Part shown: one piece after another, positions 13,144-27,237 of the stretch | How positions within the stretch are numbered: the stretch's first letter is position 1 | How the letters are laid out: the number at the start of each line of letters is the position of its first letter | Assembly (NCBI GenBank): GCA_012295275.1 | Contig: CM022671.1 | Coordinates: forward strand, 32,054,001 to 32,118,000 | DNA from: Chrysomallon squamiferum | Lineage: Eukaryota > Animalia > Mollusca | Length of the DNA stretch: 64,000 bases | Direction of reading: 5' to 3' | Program-made: the position numbers and the translations under genes | The notes under the pieces: generated by a model | What the model saw: the letters and a program-made list of their open reading frames with translations, nothing else | Database searches by the model: none | Told to the model about the DNA's origin: nothing

Positions 13144-13184
<41 letters not shown>

Positions 13185-13229
13185 ATTATCTATGCAATAT
13201 TTTTACTTTTACAAAACATGTTATTATTC

Positions 13230-13510
13230 TTACTAATATTACAACTATTACCAGTATTTGCATAGTACTAGTATCACTGTTACTTCTGTTATCACTACTC
13301 TACTATTTCTACAATTAATATCACTACAATTACAATCAGAACTATTACCACTACTACTACTACTATTACTACTGAAGCTACTGTTACTACTGCTGCTGTT
13401 GCCACTATTACAACTACTTGTACAACTATTATCATTACTAATACTACAAATAACATGACGATGTTGATGATGATGATGACGACAATAACAACAATAAGGC
13501 AATAATAATA
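13230..13510. repeat. Degenerate (ACT/ATT/GAT)n trinucleotide tract
   Basis: Direct reading. It is the source of the poly-Leu and poly-Ser ORFs. Confidence 0.8.
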
Positions 13511-14608
13511 AAAGAATAAAATTAAAATTATTAAATATTAACCAAAAAAAGCTACACAAACAATCATAATGATTCCAATATTGGCTTCATACTCATACAT
13601 TATACACATGTCCCTATGTCAGCTGAACTATTACATATTCATAAGGCTGTGAGTTATGAATAAACATCAGCTAATGAAGAACGCAGATTTATTCATGTGA
13701 ATTACAAAAGTATTTAACCAGTCACAAAATGGGAGGCTACTGGTCAGTAAGAAAATATTGATTACAATGTAAATATGTTCTGGCTATGAAATCTCGTGGC
13801 TTCATCATATAATAATGACGAACTTGGCTACCCATTTTCTACATTGCTGTGGTCATTTCAGTCTTTGTGGCTGAAGGCCTGTGCAGTACGTTCATTTTAA
13901 CAACCTCTTTATGTAACTGGTGCTGAAAGACTTTGTAGTTCAGCAAATTGTTGAATGTAAATTTATTTATGAAGAATGCAAGATGAAGTTTGATGGTAAA
14001 GCAAATTTTATAAGATAATTTTTACTTGAATGCTGTGAATTATTATAGAGCTAGTGCTGCAGTACTGAAATTCCTTTATGCTAATAAAAACCAATAAGGA
14101 TTCTTCAAAGGTCATGGTATGTACTGAAATTATATTAAACAAACAAACAAAATAATAATAATAACTAGCTGCTATTGGGAAAATGTTAAAAAGAAAGTTC
14201 TGTCAGAATGGGGAAAATGTTTGATATCAAACACTCTATGATAATAAAAAAAAAATAGATCAGTAAGTTTTATGATTTTGATGAATGTTTTGTGTGCTGT
14301 ACTCATCAAGGGTTGGAACAGGTAAACAGTACATAGATGATTTAAGAATGATTTATCACGTCTTCATCATTTTTATTATCTTTATCATTTCTGTCACCAT
14401 CAGTGCTGTTGTTGTAGCTGTTGAAAACAAATGATGTAAATTAAGGATTAGTGGTCTGGAAGATATGCCAGTTGTAGTATTTCACAGGATCAATTCTTAT
14501 TAGTGGAATCTGTTAAGATTTTAAAATTCCAACCAGTATTATATAACTGATCTATCAAAATTTGTTATGTGTATACTTTATTTTATATTAATACATAAAG
14601 ACGCGCAT

Positions 14609-14655
<47 letters not shown>

Positions 14656-14879
14656 CATACACATACATTCACACACAACACACACGCACATACATACATA
14701 CAAATACATACATACATACATAAATATACAGACATAAATACATAGAAAGATATGCAGTAATATGCACAAATGCATCAACCCTACATATTCAGACCTACTT
14801 AAGTATCTGTAGATCAACCTTGACCAACCCTACACCGCAAATACATACACACACATTCAAGAATTAAAAAACAAACAGA

Positions 14880-15295
14880 AAAACATTAACCGACATTCCA
14901 TTTAGAATCGAGTCTGAATAATGGAAAAGATCTGAAGTGCTTTTCTTTCACTTCTGACAAGTAAAGACCTCTTGCGTACAGAAGTATCGGCCATTATTTA
15001 TTCACTGCGAACCTATTGTCGGCGGTGTGAAGTGTCAAATGTACCGGTAACCGTGCAAAACAAGCATCGATTGATGTCGTCTGAGGGAAAAACGGAAGAG
15101 CGAAAAACAAACACTGCGCGTTGTTTGCAAATCAATCGGTGTTATTTATTCCGTCATTAGTCACAATAAAAATAAATTATCATGTATCGGATTTTGTGAG
15201 AATTTTTTCTTTTTTTTCTTTTTTAAGCTAAAAAGAAAGTGAAATCAAACAGAAGTGTTGCGTAACAAATATGGCGATGCCGGTTACTTTCGGAT
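14880..15295 (-). promoter_or_regulatory. CpG-rich promoter-like block, probably oriented leftward
   Basis: CpGs begin abruptly here. On the minus strand there is a YY1-like CGCCATATTT (15267-15276), a pyrimidine tract CGCTCTTCCGTTTTTCCCTCAG (15081-15102) and AATAATGG at 14994. Confidence 0.45.
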
Positions 15296-15426
15296 AATTA
15301 ACTTTAAATAAAGATGCTTCCTGCTAGTAACAGTAGTAATAGTAGCAGTAGTAACTATATCATTATATGATTATTATTAATGCTTTTTATTGGGAGTATT
15401 GGTATCAGAATTATTATTACTAATAT

Positions 15427-15446
15427 TATCATCATCATCATCATCA

Positions 15447-15498
<52 letters not shown>

Positions 15499-15530
15499 AT
15501 TATTATTTATTTATTTATTTTATTTATTTA
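15427..15530. repeat. (ATC)n(ATT)n(TTTA)n compound microsatellite
   Basis: Direct reading. Confidence 0.9.
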
Positions 15531-17686
15531 TTTTTGTGTTACAGTTGTTTTGTATTTTATTTGAGAAATAATAAACGAGGGATGAAATGCTGAGACAGAA
15601 AGATAATAAATAAATAAATTTAAAAAATAATAATGAAATAGCCATAACGCACACAATAAACCAGCAGTTTTCGTTTCAAAGAGTATATATTTTTCAAAAT
15701 GTGTGGTCCGTTTTAAATCCTGAAATCTTTTCTTTGTTTTTGTTTTTCTTCTTTCCGTCTCTCTCTCTCTCTCTTTTTTTTTTCTCTCTCTCTTTTTTAA
15801 AATTTGTATTCTTGTTTTGTTAATACGTGAACTCAAGAAAGAAGAAAGTGAGTATTTTAGCCTCGAGTATAATTAATCATAACAGAGACTATAGAAAGTT
15901 AGGGTAAAGGAAGGAGTATCATTCGTAATTTGAGAACTGATCAAGCGTATAATTGTCGAGCGTATAATAATAAATTACGGATAATGAAGGTGCTGCGTAA
16001 CAAAAGATACCCAACACCCGAAATAATTAATTATACTACATAATGGTGTCTGTCCCAAAACGAGGCTGATGCCTTGGCGGTCATTAGGTATTGATGAGCG
16101 ATGTCTGTGACGCCATCTTCTTTTTCCTTTTCCTTTTTTTTTTTTTTTTTTTTTTTTTTTCTTTTCGTGTTAAGGAAGAAGTATCAATGGAAAGTTTCTT
16201 TCGCTAAGAAGTCGACCATAAATTGTTAATCTTAGACAAAATACTGACAATATTTGTTGTTTTAATGTCTTCTCTTTTGCAGACACACAAACATTGCTTC
16301 CGTATTTGTTTTTTATTTTTTATATTATAATTTTTTTTATATATGTATTTAATAATTTAATAAACACAGATTGATTGATGCATGGATGGATAAACAGATA
16401 ATCAGACAGATCAACAAACAGACAGACAGATAGCTAGCTAGATAGAAAAACGGAAAGATAGACAGACAGACAAGCAGACATACAGGGACACAGGAAAACA
16501 GAGAGATGTGCTCAGCTGTAGTTCTCTGCCTGGTGTGTTTTACGTCACTGGGTAAGTTTACCGCTGCACTCCATCGGGTTTCTTTAGATTCTAGATACAA
16601 CTGTTTATCCGGTGAAATAATATATAAACCTCTGTCTTTCGAAACGTGAAACAAAAGATTCTTGGCAGCTAATCGATTACATTAGCCCATGGCGTGGCAG
16701 ATTACCGTTCCTTGATACCACATTACATTTAAACTCTATGACTGACACCTTATAATGGTTAATATTAAGAAGTATTTGGATGTCGTTAAGCCAATAGACA
16801 GTCGTTCATTCGTTCAACAAATCCGTCATTATTTCAGGCCTACTCATTTCGTCTTACAATCAGTGACAGGTCAGGAATTAAACACGACGAGGCCACACGC
16901 TGTGATAAGCTGCAGAGGCCCCATTTGGCAAATATTACCAAATAGTAAGACTTTGTGAATCTTTGAGTAAATCTAAATGAATAAAAAAAATTTTTTTTTT
17001 TTGAAATTTAGCAGCAGTAGACTTTGTAACGGTTACTAAAATTAAAGTTGAAAAAAATCCCGCTGAACTGAAAACTAAGCACCAGTTCCAGGAAAAATAC
17101 ATTCACAAAAAAAACAAAAAAACACATTAATAAATAAATAAATGATACATCTAACGTCAGCTTTGTTTTATCGGTAAATATTATTTATTTCTATACTTTG
17201 ATAAACTGGCTCTCTAATCGGTAAACTTTCTCCTAACTATATCAACTCTTTATCATTCATCTTAAGAAGATCAATAAAATCAGAAATGTCCAATAAAACC
17301 AACACTAATCTTGAACTTTATTATTACCACACATCAACACATTTCGACAAATTATTACTGTATGTAAGATACTTAATAAGCGATCTCAGAAGTTTAGGTA
17401 AGTGATACTCTCTCGTGGACTAACTTCTTTCATCGATCTTTTGTATAAATATATCCACAGTGTATAGAATCTCAGTTGATAAGCACTGATTGCATCGGGT
17501 AACAATGCAGCAGGTACACACTGGCGTAACAGTCTGATTTGGTATTTCAGCCCAGTGAAGCTTTTAGCTATTAACTGTTTAGTTTATAGTCGAATGTGGC
17601 TTTCTTCAATGAATAAATTCCAGCGCACGAGCAACGCCATTCCGAAATGTAACAAGACGTTTTTGACATTCCGTCGCTTACTGTCA

Positions 17687-17694
17687 TGACGTCA
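17687..17694. promoter_or_regulatory. Perfect palindromic CRE (TGACGTCA) within a CpG-retaining block
   Basis: Exact motif match only. A partial GACGTCA occurs near 17889. Function is untested. Confidence 0.3.
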
Positions 17695-18307
17695 CGGTAA
17701 TATTCTGAAAATTGGAACAATTTTTACAAGAAATTCTCTCAGCTTTCACATGTGCCTTATATTAAAATCGTTATTTTTCGGCCTCTGTTTAGAAAATTGT
17801 AATTTTCATCTGTTTAGATCTTCGCACACTGTCTCCTGCTGTGAGACTTCGTTCGTCTGCTTTTCACTGTCAGTACGAATGCCGATCAGACGTCACTGGG
17901 GAATCACAGCTGTCACTCTCGTTCCAAAGAGATTTGTCAGGAGAAATCTTTAATGCTGTCCTAGAGAAACATCTGATGTGTGGTGTGGCTTTTTGACTAA
18001 AAAAAAAAAAAAAAAAAAAAAGGAAACCGGTCAATTAAGCGCACATTTTGTATTTACAAACATCACAGAACGGGAATGGATGATGGAGAAGATTTTAGCA
18101 GTCTGTTCCAGGAATAAAATAAAATACTGATATGATAAATTCAGAATTGTTTTATGTAAGAGAATTAGAATGATAAATGAACGTTGACAGGGAATAATCG
18201 GGTTGTTTCGTCAAAAGTCGTTCAGCTAATCCGTTATTACGAACATTTCCGAAACATTCATTAAATTTAGATGCTAAAGCTTTTCCAGTGTTTTTAGCGT
18301 TCCATTG

Positions 18308-18311
<4 letters not shown>

Positions 18312-18386
<75 letters not shown>
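18312..18386. repeat. (GA)n microsatellite
   Basis: Direct reading. It gives the ERER ORF. Confidence 0.95.
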
Positions 18387-18394
<8 letters not shown>

Positions 18395-19179
18395 TTGTTT
18401 ACTGTATTTACGAAAAGATCTGTCAAATAGCACAACAAATTTGTGGCTGGAAAATATCGTAATTTTTAAAGACAAGCTGAAGTCCATTTCTCTTGGTATT
18501 AAGAGTTCTTTTATTGCCGTTGTGACCGCGTATCTGTCTTAACGTTGCCTTTTAATTATTCCAGACAGTTCGTCTGTCTGACCTTGTAAACCTGACGTTA
18601 ATGGATAATCAAGATTCATGGGTTTCGTCTTATTTATCTATTTTTTTTTATTTTATTTTTTTAAGTGAATAAAATAAAATAAGTAAATAATAAAATAAAA
18701 TAAAAAGATGGTTGTACTAGTAAGAAAAACAAATTAGAAACATAAAAATATAATAATAATAATAAATAAATTATATTTAATTATAATATATTAATATGTT
18801 TAAAAAAGAAGAAGAAAGAAACTGAAAAACAAAGACGTTACTTAATATAACTTCTTCGGGACACATTTATTAAATGAATAAATATGATTTCTTTTAACAT
18901 AATAGGAAATATTTCAATATCCCCTGAAGATTCAAGTACATCTGCTTGGGATAATTCAATAACTGACGATATTTCTTTGATTATTTATTTATTTATTTAT
19001 AGCAGAGTGAATGATAATTATTATATTATTCTTGTCTAAGTCTGGATAGGAGACGATACAGAGATTTGATCCCTGAGGTACAAGATCGTACTACAATACT
19101 ACTTCCATCCGTGTGAAATCCATGCCAGAAATTTGACAATTCACCAAATTTATTTTTATATCCAGCTACTGTTTTCAAG

Positions 19180-19222
<43 letters not shown>

Positions 19223-21490
19223 AGGAGCTGCAGTTCCCTTTTCACTTGATTATAGGATCATAATGAAACTCAAATGAAGATTTTAATATTTGAAGACATA
19301 GAATTTGGTCTTCCTTTCATTTAGTTTACGTAAAATTTTGCTTCACCGCTGCACTTCCTCAACGTGCTATTTTTACGCTGTCTTTTAAAATATTTACATG
19401 GTTTCAACATCCTCGAAGCTGCGAAAGTTTCTTCTTTATTAACCAACCCAACAAATCCTAACATTAAACATGCCGGTTTTTTTTTTTTTTTTTTTTGCTT
19501 TTTAAATTTTCGGGCACGATTATGTATTCCACCGCGCGTCTAAGTTCCGGACTATTTTTAAATTAAGCACACAGAAAACTGATTTGTTTGATTTGCATTA
19601 GGATATTGATTTTCTAGTGGCGGTGCATCTTGTGAAAGGAACCTGCCTCATGATAAAGATCGCGTGCTCCTCTCTGCTGAACAATAAATAACACATGTTG
19701 ACATGTTCTCTAGTAACACATTTCTGATGCTTCTAGCGGCATTCAGAAAGCTGTGAAAGAGTTCATTCCCTTCGCTCATTCGGCAAATTCCGTACGTGCT
19801 CGCTAATCACTAACAGCAGACGTGAAAATGAAAACAAAGGTATTTTTTGTAAAGGTGTCGAGTTTGCAGTTATGAACAGCGGAATTTGATTGTAATGCGA
19901 TTAATGCAATAATAATAATAATAATAACAACAACAACAAAAAAACAGTAATAATGATGATGATCGATCCTGTATTTCAGAAAACTAAGGAAAAAGGTACT
20001 GAATATAATTATAATAATCTGCGTTATAATTATAATTTAAAAATAGGAATGTCGATGTACTTTCTGACATCCACATATTAATATTATTATTTCCTTTCAA
20101 CATTTGTTGCTAACAGTCTGAGAGTTGCGGTCAACGCGATATCAGTGATCAAATTTACAAAACGTTTAAGAACCAAACAACGTAATTAAAAAGGAAGATC
20201 CATTAATAATTTAAAAATTACCAAGAGTGCAGTTTAGTGGTGACACTATTTAAACTGATCTGTCCATACAAGCCTTAATGCTGAAGTCAAACAATGCACA
20301 ATTAATACAAAGCGGTTCAAGAACACAAAACGACTGACACTCTTGCGAAAAGTTAGACTCTTCACGGCAGGCGTGATTTAACACTTTTCTGATACAATCA
20401 TACCCGTGCAAAAGTATGTAGGACTTTCCAGCGTTCCCTACTCGTTTCAAGTCTGTTCTTTACAGTCAGTTCATAATGCGAGTAGTGTGCTGGGTAATTC
20501 AGTTACACGTACAGTCAGCTGAGTAACTGATAGCATGAGAACAGAGAGCAGCGACTCGACAGTAGGGTTAAGCCTTTTGTAAGCATGTTTTGACACATGA
20601 TATAAAATGTTATGCTTTTTTTTTTTTCCCCTTCTATGGCTCCTTTTATCGCTGTCTAATCCACTTATGTACCAATAAAGCGGAGAGTGAGAGAAGGACC
20701 TATAGACAGTTTGACACTCACTTTCCAACAACGTTCTAAAATTTAAATAACCGGGATCTTTTTTGTAGATGTTTCTGAAAGTCACAGGCACCAAATCGCT
20801 TTTCTTTATTTTATCATCATAATCATCATCATCATCATCATTGTGTTAATGTTTTCTTCATGTTCTTCTAATTTTTGTGTGTTCTTAACTGTGATGTAAT
20901 TGCTATTACTTAGAAGAAGTGGTTAAGAGAGTGATGGCAAATACATTCATTCATTATCAGTTTTCTTCTTTTTCTTCTTATTATTTTGTCGTTGTTGTTG
21001 TTAACATTTACTTGTTGTTGTTTATACTGCTATGTAACTGATTGTTTATTATCGGTTTACTAATTCTTTGCATTAAAAAGCTAAAACTCTTTTGATAATA
21101 ATGCTAAGAAGAAAGAAAGAAAGAAAAAAGTCATACATGCAAAAGACATTATCTGTTTATAAAGGACAAATTCAGCAACCCGCCTTCAAGCTGACTGGGA
21201 AATGCAAAAGTGAATACTGTGTTACATGATTTAAAGCGTACGCCTAAAGACCTTGCAGGCTTCGAAATCCCTGAAGTCATACCACCTGTCAAAAATAATA
21301 TATTGTTTTCCCAAGCGTTACTGTAGTTTTCTTCAGCTTTCAAAGTGATTAAGCGTTGCTTGAAATTGGAGGGACAATAATAATTATGAATGTTTTATAA
21401 AAAGGCTGTTCAGTGTTTTTAGTATTATTTTAAACGAGAATGGGTTATCACCGAAACAGATATCGTATCTTTCATTATGGAATAACTAAT

Positions 21491-21493
<3 letters not shown>

Positions 21494-21581
<88 letters not shown>
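21494..21581. repeat. (CT)n microsatellite
   Basis: Direct reading. Confidence 0.95.
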
Positions 21582-21583
<2 letters not shown>

Positions 21584-22559
21584 ATTTCTATTTTTATTTT
21601 GTTATTTTTTGTTTAAGTTTAACATATTTTCTTGCTTGAATGTTGTTTATTATTTTGTTTACTTTGAGTAATAAAAGTGGTAGCAGTAGTAGTATTAATA
21701 ACAATAAAATAAAATAAAATAATGATAATAGTAATAGCAATTGTAATTTTTTTTTATCTCACCCATACAATATAATCAGCAGAGTTATAACAATAAACAA
21801 ATTCAATATAGTATATTATAAAAACACATTTACCATAATTAACCATACTTTTTATTATACTACGTTTTTTTTTTTTTTATAGAGTTCAAGTGTTCCTATT
21901 CTACATGACAATAAATATGATTTATATCGGTACTGTATTAAGTCTAATGTGATTTGACACTAAAATAAACAGTAAGCTGATCATAACCAAAAATTCCTGT
22001 ACGCTATCATGAGTGTATTTCAGGCCGAGTGTGTTACAGTTAACCAAATGATGTGTTTACATAATATGTTAATCTGGATTATAATCAGAGCTCGTTATGA
22101 CATGATTAGCATTTCCATGTTGTAAGAAGTTCATTGTGTGTGTAAAACCAGACAGCTGCAGCTAAATGTTTCAGATTGTTGTCTGGTTAGTCACAGGATC
22201 AAATCTTCTCACTGTATTTATCTATTTCTCTGTGAGTCTTCATACAAATACATGCAGTAAATTATCATTTTCATATTATTTATTAATCTATTTACATTTA
22301 CATTTCATTTTATTTTATTTCCCGTTTTATTTATTTATTTATTATTTATTTATTTATTTTAATCATAAAGATTATGCAAGAATAAAATATAGTTTTAATT
22401 ACAGTATAACTGTGGCTTTGAATTCTCTTTAAAAATGCGATTTTGTTATTGTTATTATTATTTTTTTAATCGTCAGATTTTATCAGCTTCCTGCTTTCTT
22501 TGTTTATCATGACGGCTGTCGAACAAGCAAACATCTGGCTTTTGAACAGTACGTTATGG

Positions 22560-22780
22560 TTGAGTGTCTCCATTGAGCTGTTTTCCCGTTCCACCTGGTA
22601 CTCCACGAAGGCAGTGACATGTGCTTTTCTTGTAAGAAAGTATGTTGCTGCTAATCGATAACAGTCGACCAGAAAAAGGTAGCAGCGGATTTCTTAACTT
22701 AGTCAGAACCATTACAGAGCAAGCATCCGCTGACAGTCAATCATTATTAATATCGAATATTCGTGTCGTTAAACAAATAT
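22560..22780 (+). mobile_element. Degenerate SINE-like dispersed repeat
   Basis: Shares ordered motifs with 23050-23310: ctccacga, atgtgc, ttg(c/t)tgctaat, (a)gcgg(a/g)tttc and a gttaaa(c/t)aaa tail. Confidence 0.55.
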
Positions 22781-22898
22781 ATTTATTAATTCAGCAAAAT
22801 GTCAGCATTATTATTCATTCTTAGTTTTCATTTGCCATTTCAGTGTTACTGCGAGTTGATTAAATTAGCATCGTAATTTCTAAAATGATTATTTTGAT

Positions 22899-22929
<31 letters not shown>

Positions 22930-23049
22930 TTACAACTTTTTTCAGTGTTTGATTTGTTTAAACTCCTGTCTAGCCAATATAGCGTTTCAGATTGTGCTAT
23001 TAAGTTTTCGCTAATTCACTGGAATAGTATTTGATGTATTAAATAAATT

Positions 23050-23312
23050 ATCAGTGCGTGATAGATAACAGGTTCAATCTTCAACAGTGCGCTAGACTGA
23101 TTGTTTCCATTGTCAGAGTTCTCCACGACTGGTTTATCAAAGGCCGTAGTATGTGCATTGCGGCATATGGGAAGGTGAATATTAGAGATCATTTGTTGCT
23201 AATTGAAAACATTAACCCTGTCGCGTGGCAACAGCGGGTTTCCTCTCTCATTGTGTACCTTAGCAATATAGCAATTGGTTAAATGTGTTTTAGTTAAATA
23301 AAACATTTCTTT
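23050..23312 (+). mobile_element. Degenerate tRNA-derived SINE-like repeat
   Basis: B-box-like aggttcaatct, then ctccacgactggtttatcaaaggccgtagtatgtgc ... ttgctaattgaaaa ... cagcgggtttcctctctc ... gttaaataaaacatttc. Reverse-strand relatives occur elsewhere in the window. Confidence 0.65.
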
Positions 23313-23563
23313 TTTTAAATTTCAGAAAAACGAAAAACAGCACCCGAAATAAAAATCTGTTTGAAAATGTTATTCAACAATGCAGATAAATGTCTCTTTA
23401 TATGAAAAATAAACCCACATTAATTAATCGTGTCAAAATCGGTTGACAAACATTTGGAATTTTTTTATATTGTAAGGAAATAAAAATAAATAAACAAATG
23501 AAAAATAATCATTGTATTATTACTATTATTATTGTGTTGTTATTGTTATTGTTGTTGTTATTA

Positions 23564-23605
<42 letters not shown>

Positions 23606-25721
23606 TTTATTTTTATTTTTATTTTTTTCTATTTCACCAAATGCATTTCACACAAACAGAACGACACATTTTCTGTAATGTGCCAGTGATTTTCTTTTCT
23701 TTATTTATTTGTTTGTTGCTGGTGTTCTACTTGTTTTAATCAATTTTATAACAGCAACCAAAATAACAAGTGAGTTAAACAAAATATACTAAAAAAAACC
23801 GAGTTAACAACACATTCAGACTAATAATACGAATGTGAATATTCAGACGTTAGGACGTCGTTCACTGAAACTATCTTTTAGATCTGTGTGTATCGGGTGA
23901 CAACGTTGACAACACAAAACCAAGTAGCAGATGTTGACAGTTAATAGTGTATATATTTATCATCCAAAAATCATACGTAAGCGCTAGAACTCATATCATT
24001 TTATTGAGGTGATAACTAAATACACACACACACCTAATCAGAGATACATCAAGTGAGATAAAGAGAAAACAAGAGAGCCGGCTGATATAATGAATCGGAG
24101 ATAATGAGAGAGAGTGTTATTTGTTTACCGTTTCTCCTGATTTTGTACAACATGGAGTACGTTTGAAAGTTTTGTCACAAAACACCCATGTCATATATTA
24201 CTGTAAATATATTATCTTCAAATTAATATTAAAATAATCACACACAAATGACCCATTGGCTGGTGGCGCTGGCAGACTGCGACTAAAGATGGTTCATGTT
24301 TCACAAAGAGATTTAAAACCCGAGGTCACGCTTGCGTGAACACGGTGCGTTATCGTTCAGAAGACCCCCCCATTCGCCTTTTACTACGCTTTTTTTCCCA
24401 TCACTCTCTCTTGTTCGGTGGTGTCGAGTAATTACTGTTTTATTTACTGTTTAATTTTAATGATAATTAAAATAATACCGCTGTGAACAGAAGCAATCTA
24501 GTTGTAGTAGAATTAATAATATGTTATTTGATTGCATTACATGAATTTTAGTTCTTTTTGTTTAGTTTAGCAGCTGCAGTAGCAACAGTTATGTTATATG
24601 TGTGTATATATGTATGTAATAACAAAAGCAACAACTACACGCACACATACACAACTTCAAATGCGCGAAGACCAACAAATGAAACGTTAAACGCAGCGGC
24701 GAGCGCTCTTGTAAGAATCGATCGTGCGATCTACCATACATCAGTCCGAAGAAAACTTGCTTGCTGTCAAGACATCTTAAGTATAGCATTTTAGTAATGA
24801 ATTATTAAAATGTTATAAATACAAAAATAACATTACACCAAAAAAATACAAGCTATCGCAGGGATCCGAACCACTCATCCAGCAGTTGTGATGTTATTTG
24901 ACCTAAATTGACCTCTGTATCACTGGTGGCGGAAACTGTCCTTTTTTTTTCTTCTTTTTTTTAATCTTTTTTTTCGTGTCTCTTTGATTTTATCTTATTT
25001 TTTACATTTCTTCTTATTTTCTCCTTCTGATTTGCAGCACATACCCTCAAAAACACTTGCCGATAACTCTATTTACAGAATTTAAAGGTGTTATTTCAAG
25101 TTTTTACGCAGATTGTTAAGCTTGACAATTGTTCAATTTTCGGTAATTTTCGACAAGCTCGGTAACACGTGTTTCCATTGAAGTGCGGCAAAACGGGAAT
25201 GTAGTTACTATCGATCGGTAAGCCGCTGTGAGGGTATTGCCGTATATCACCAGTTTTAACAACAGCCATTCGTAGTAAATATAATTGACGTTGTTTCCCC
25301 AGCTGACCCGAGCTAATTGCCTTAATACGTATATCCTTTCTGCCTGTGTGTGTTGTTATTATCATTGTTGTAGCGAATAAAAAATATATATAACATGTTA
25401 GTAACTAATGTGAAAAAAGAATGAGAGAGAGCGCCAGAAGAAAGAAAAAAAAATTTGAAGATAGCTTTCATATGGAAACATTTATTAAAACAAATAATAA
25501 TAATATATAAAAAAAACTTTACTGAAACTATCTAGAATCTATGTTTATCACGTAACAATAGCGATAAAACAGAACCAAGTAGCACGTAGTATTTAATAGT
25601 TAGGTTTTTTAAGTAACCTTCCCCTAAAAAAATTTTTTATTTTTTTTAAAAAGACGGATGGAGACACTTAAAGAGAATTAAGAGGCTAATTCATGATTTC
25701 AGAAAAATGAGAGCCTAAATT

Positions 25722-25760
<39 letters not shown>

Positions 25761-26454
25761 TTTTAACTAACAAAAATTAAAAAAATAAAAAAAATAAAAA
25801 AATAATAATAAAAATAAATAAATAATAATAATAAAATAAAATAAAAATAAATAAATAAGTAAATAAATATAAAAATAATAAAATAATAATAAAATAAAAA
25901 ATATAAATAATAAAAAATATGATAAAATGAATGTGATTGATATAACTTTCAAAATGAAAATGTGCTTCATAATAAATAAATAATGAAATAATGAAATAGC
26001 AGTATATTTATATATATATATATAAACTACAGATAGCAGTATATTTATATATATATATATAAACTACAGATAGCAGCAAAATATGATATATAATATTATT
26101 CTTTTGCTTAAGTGTATAAAACAATGATAACAATAATAACAACCTTAATTCCTGTAGCAGTCTAAGCAACCCATGCGTATACTGTGAAATGAAAATTTGA
26201 ATAAGTAATCACATTTGTAATACGTGTTTACAAAGAAAATATTTTGTCATACTGATAAACTCGAGATACTGCTGCATTGATAGAACGGTAAGCAAAACAG
26301 CGACTCCACTGAAGTCTACATGTATCTGTTTTCAAAACACTAGCTTTCGTTAAGTTGGAATAGTTATCGTAGTAGAGAACATCTCCCAAATTAGTTCAGT
26401 ATCATAATCGGTGTGGCCATTCGATCCTGGTTCTTAAAGATCTTAAATCGAAAA

Positions 26455-27237
26455 CTTAACTATTGCTCTATGTAATGGAGTTTAACCACCTCTCCGTATA
26501 GACTGGTAAGACTTAACCACTGCTCCATGTAATGGAGTCAGTCCACCACTCTCTATAGACCGGTAAGACTTAACCACTGCTCCATGTAATGGAGTCAGTC
26601 CACCACTCTCTATAGACCGGTAAGACTTAACCACTGCTCCATGTAATGGAGTCAGTCCACCACTCCGTATAGACTGGTAAGACTTAACCACTGCTCCATG
26701 TAATGGAGTCAGTCCACCACTCCGTATAGACTGGTAAGACTTAACCACTGCTCCATGTAATGGAGTCAGTCCACCACTCCGTATAGACCGGTAAGACTTA
26801 ACCACTGCTCCATGTAATGGAGTCAGTCCACCACTCTCTATAGACCGGTAAGACTTAACCACTGCTCCATGTAATGGAGTCAGTCCACCATTCCGTATAG
26901 ACTGGTAAGACTTAACCACTACTCCATGTACTGGAGTCAGTCCACCACTCTCTATAGACTGGTAAGACATAACCACTGCTCCATGTAATGGAGTCAGTCC
27001 ACCACTCTCTATAGACTGGTAAGACTTAACCATGTACTGGAGTCAGTCCACCACTCTCTATAGACTGGTAAGACTTAACCATGTACTGGAGTCAGTCCAC
27101 CATTCTCTATAGACTGGTAAGACCTAACCACTGCTCCATGTAATGGAGTCAGTCCACCACTCTCTATAGACTGGTAAGACTTAACCATGTAATGGAATCA
27201 GTCCACCACTCTCTATAGACTGGTAAGACTTAACCAT
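26455..27237. repeat. 57-bp minisatellite, ~14 copies, some shortened to 49 bp, each with an internal hairpin
   Basis: Unit GACTTAACCACTGCTCCATGTAATGGAGTCAGTCCACCACTC(TC/CG)TATAGAC(C/T)GGTAA. CTCCAT-GTA-ATGGAG is an inverted repeat. Several right-hand copies lack CTGCTCCA. Confidence 0.96.

Noticed and set aside
13744-13808. Minus-strand C/D snoRNA candidate (ATGATGA...CTGA), and a similar + strand pair at ~11759-11835
   Set aside because: There is no terminal stem and no rRNA complementarity I could recognise. Such box pairs arise often by chance in AT-rich DNA. A snoscan or Infernal search would settle it.
25995-26076. Local direct duplication, plus similar small ones at ~11026/11626 and ~62029/62094
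   Set aside because: Ordinary slippage or short duplications with no sign of function.
26482-27033. 183-aa minus-strand ORF as a real gene
   Set aside because: It is explained by a stop-free 57-bp unit. The 49-bp copies break the frame and there is no splice or promoter support.
26455-27237. CRISPR-like array (regular units with a palindrome)
   Set aside because: The units are head-to-tail with no unique spacers, there are no cas genes, and the context is eukaryotic. It is a minisatellite.
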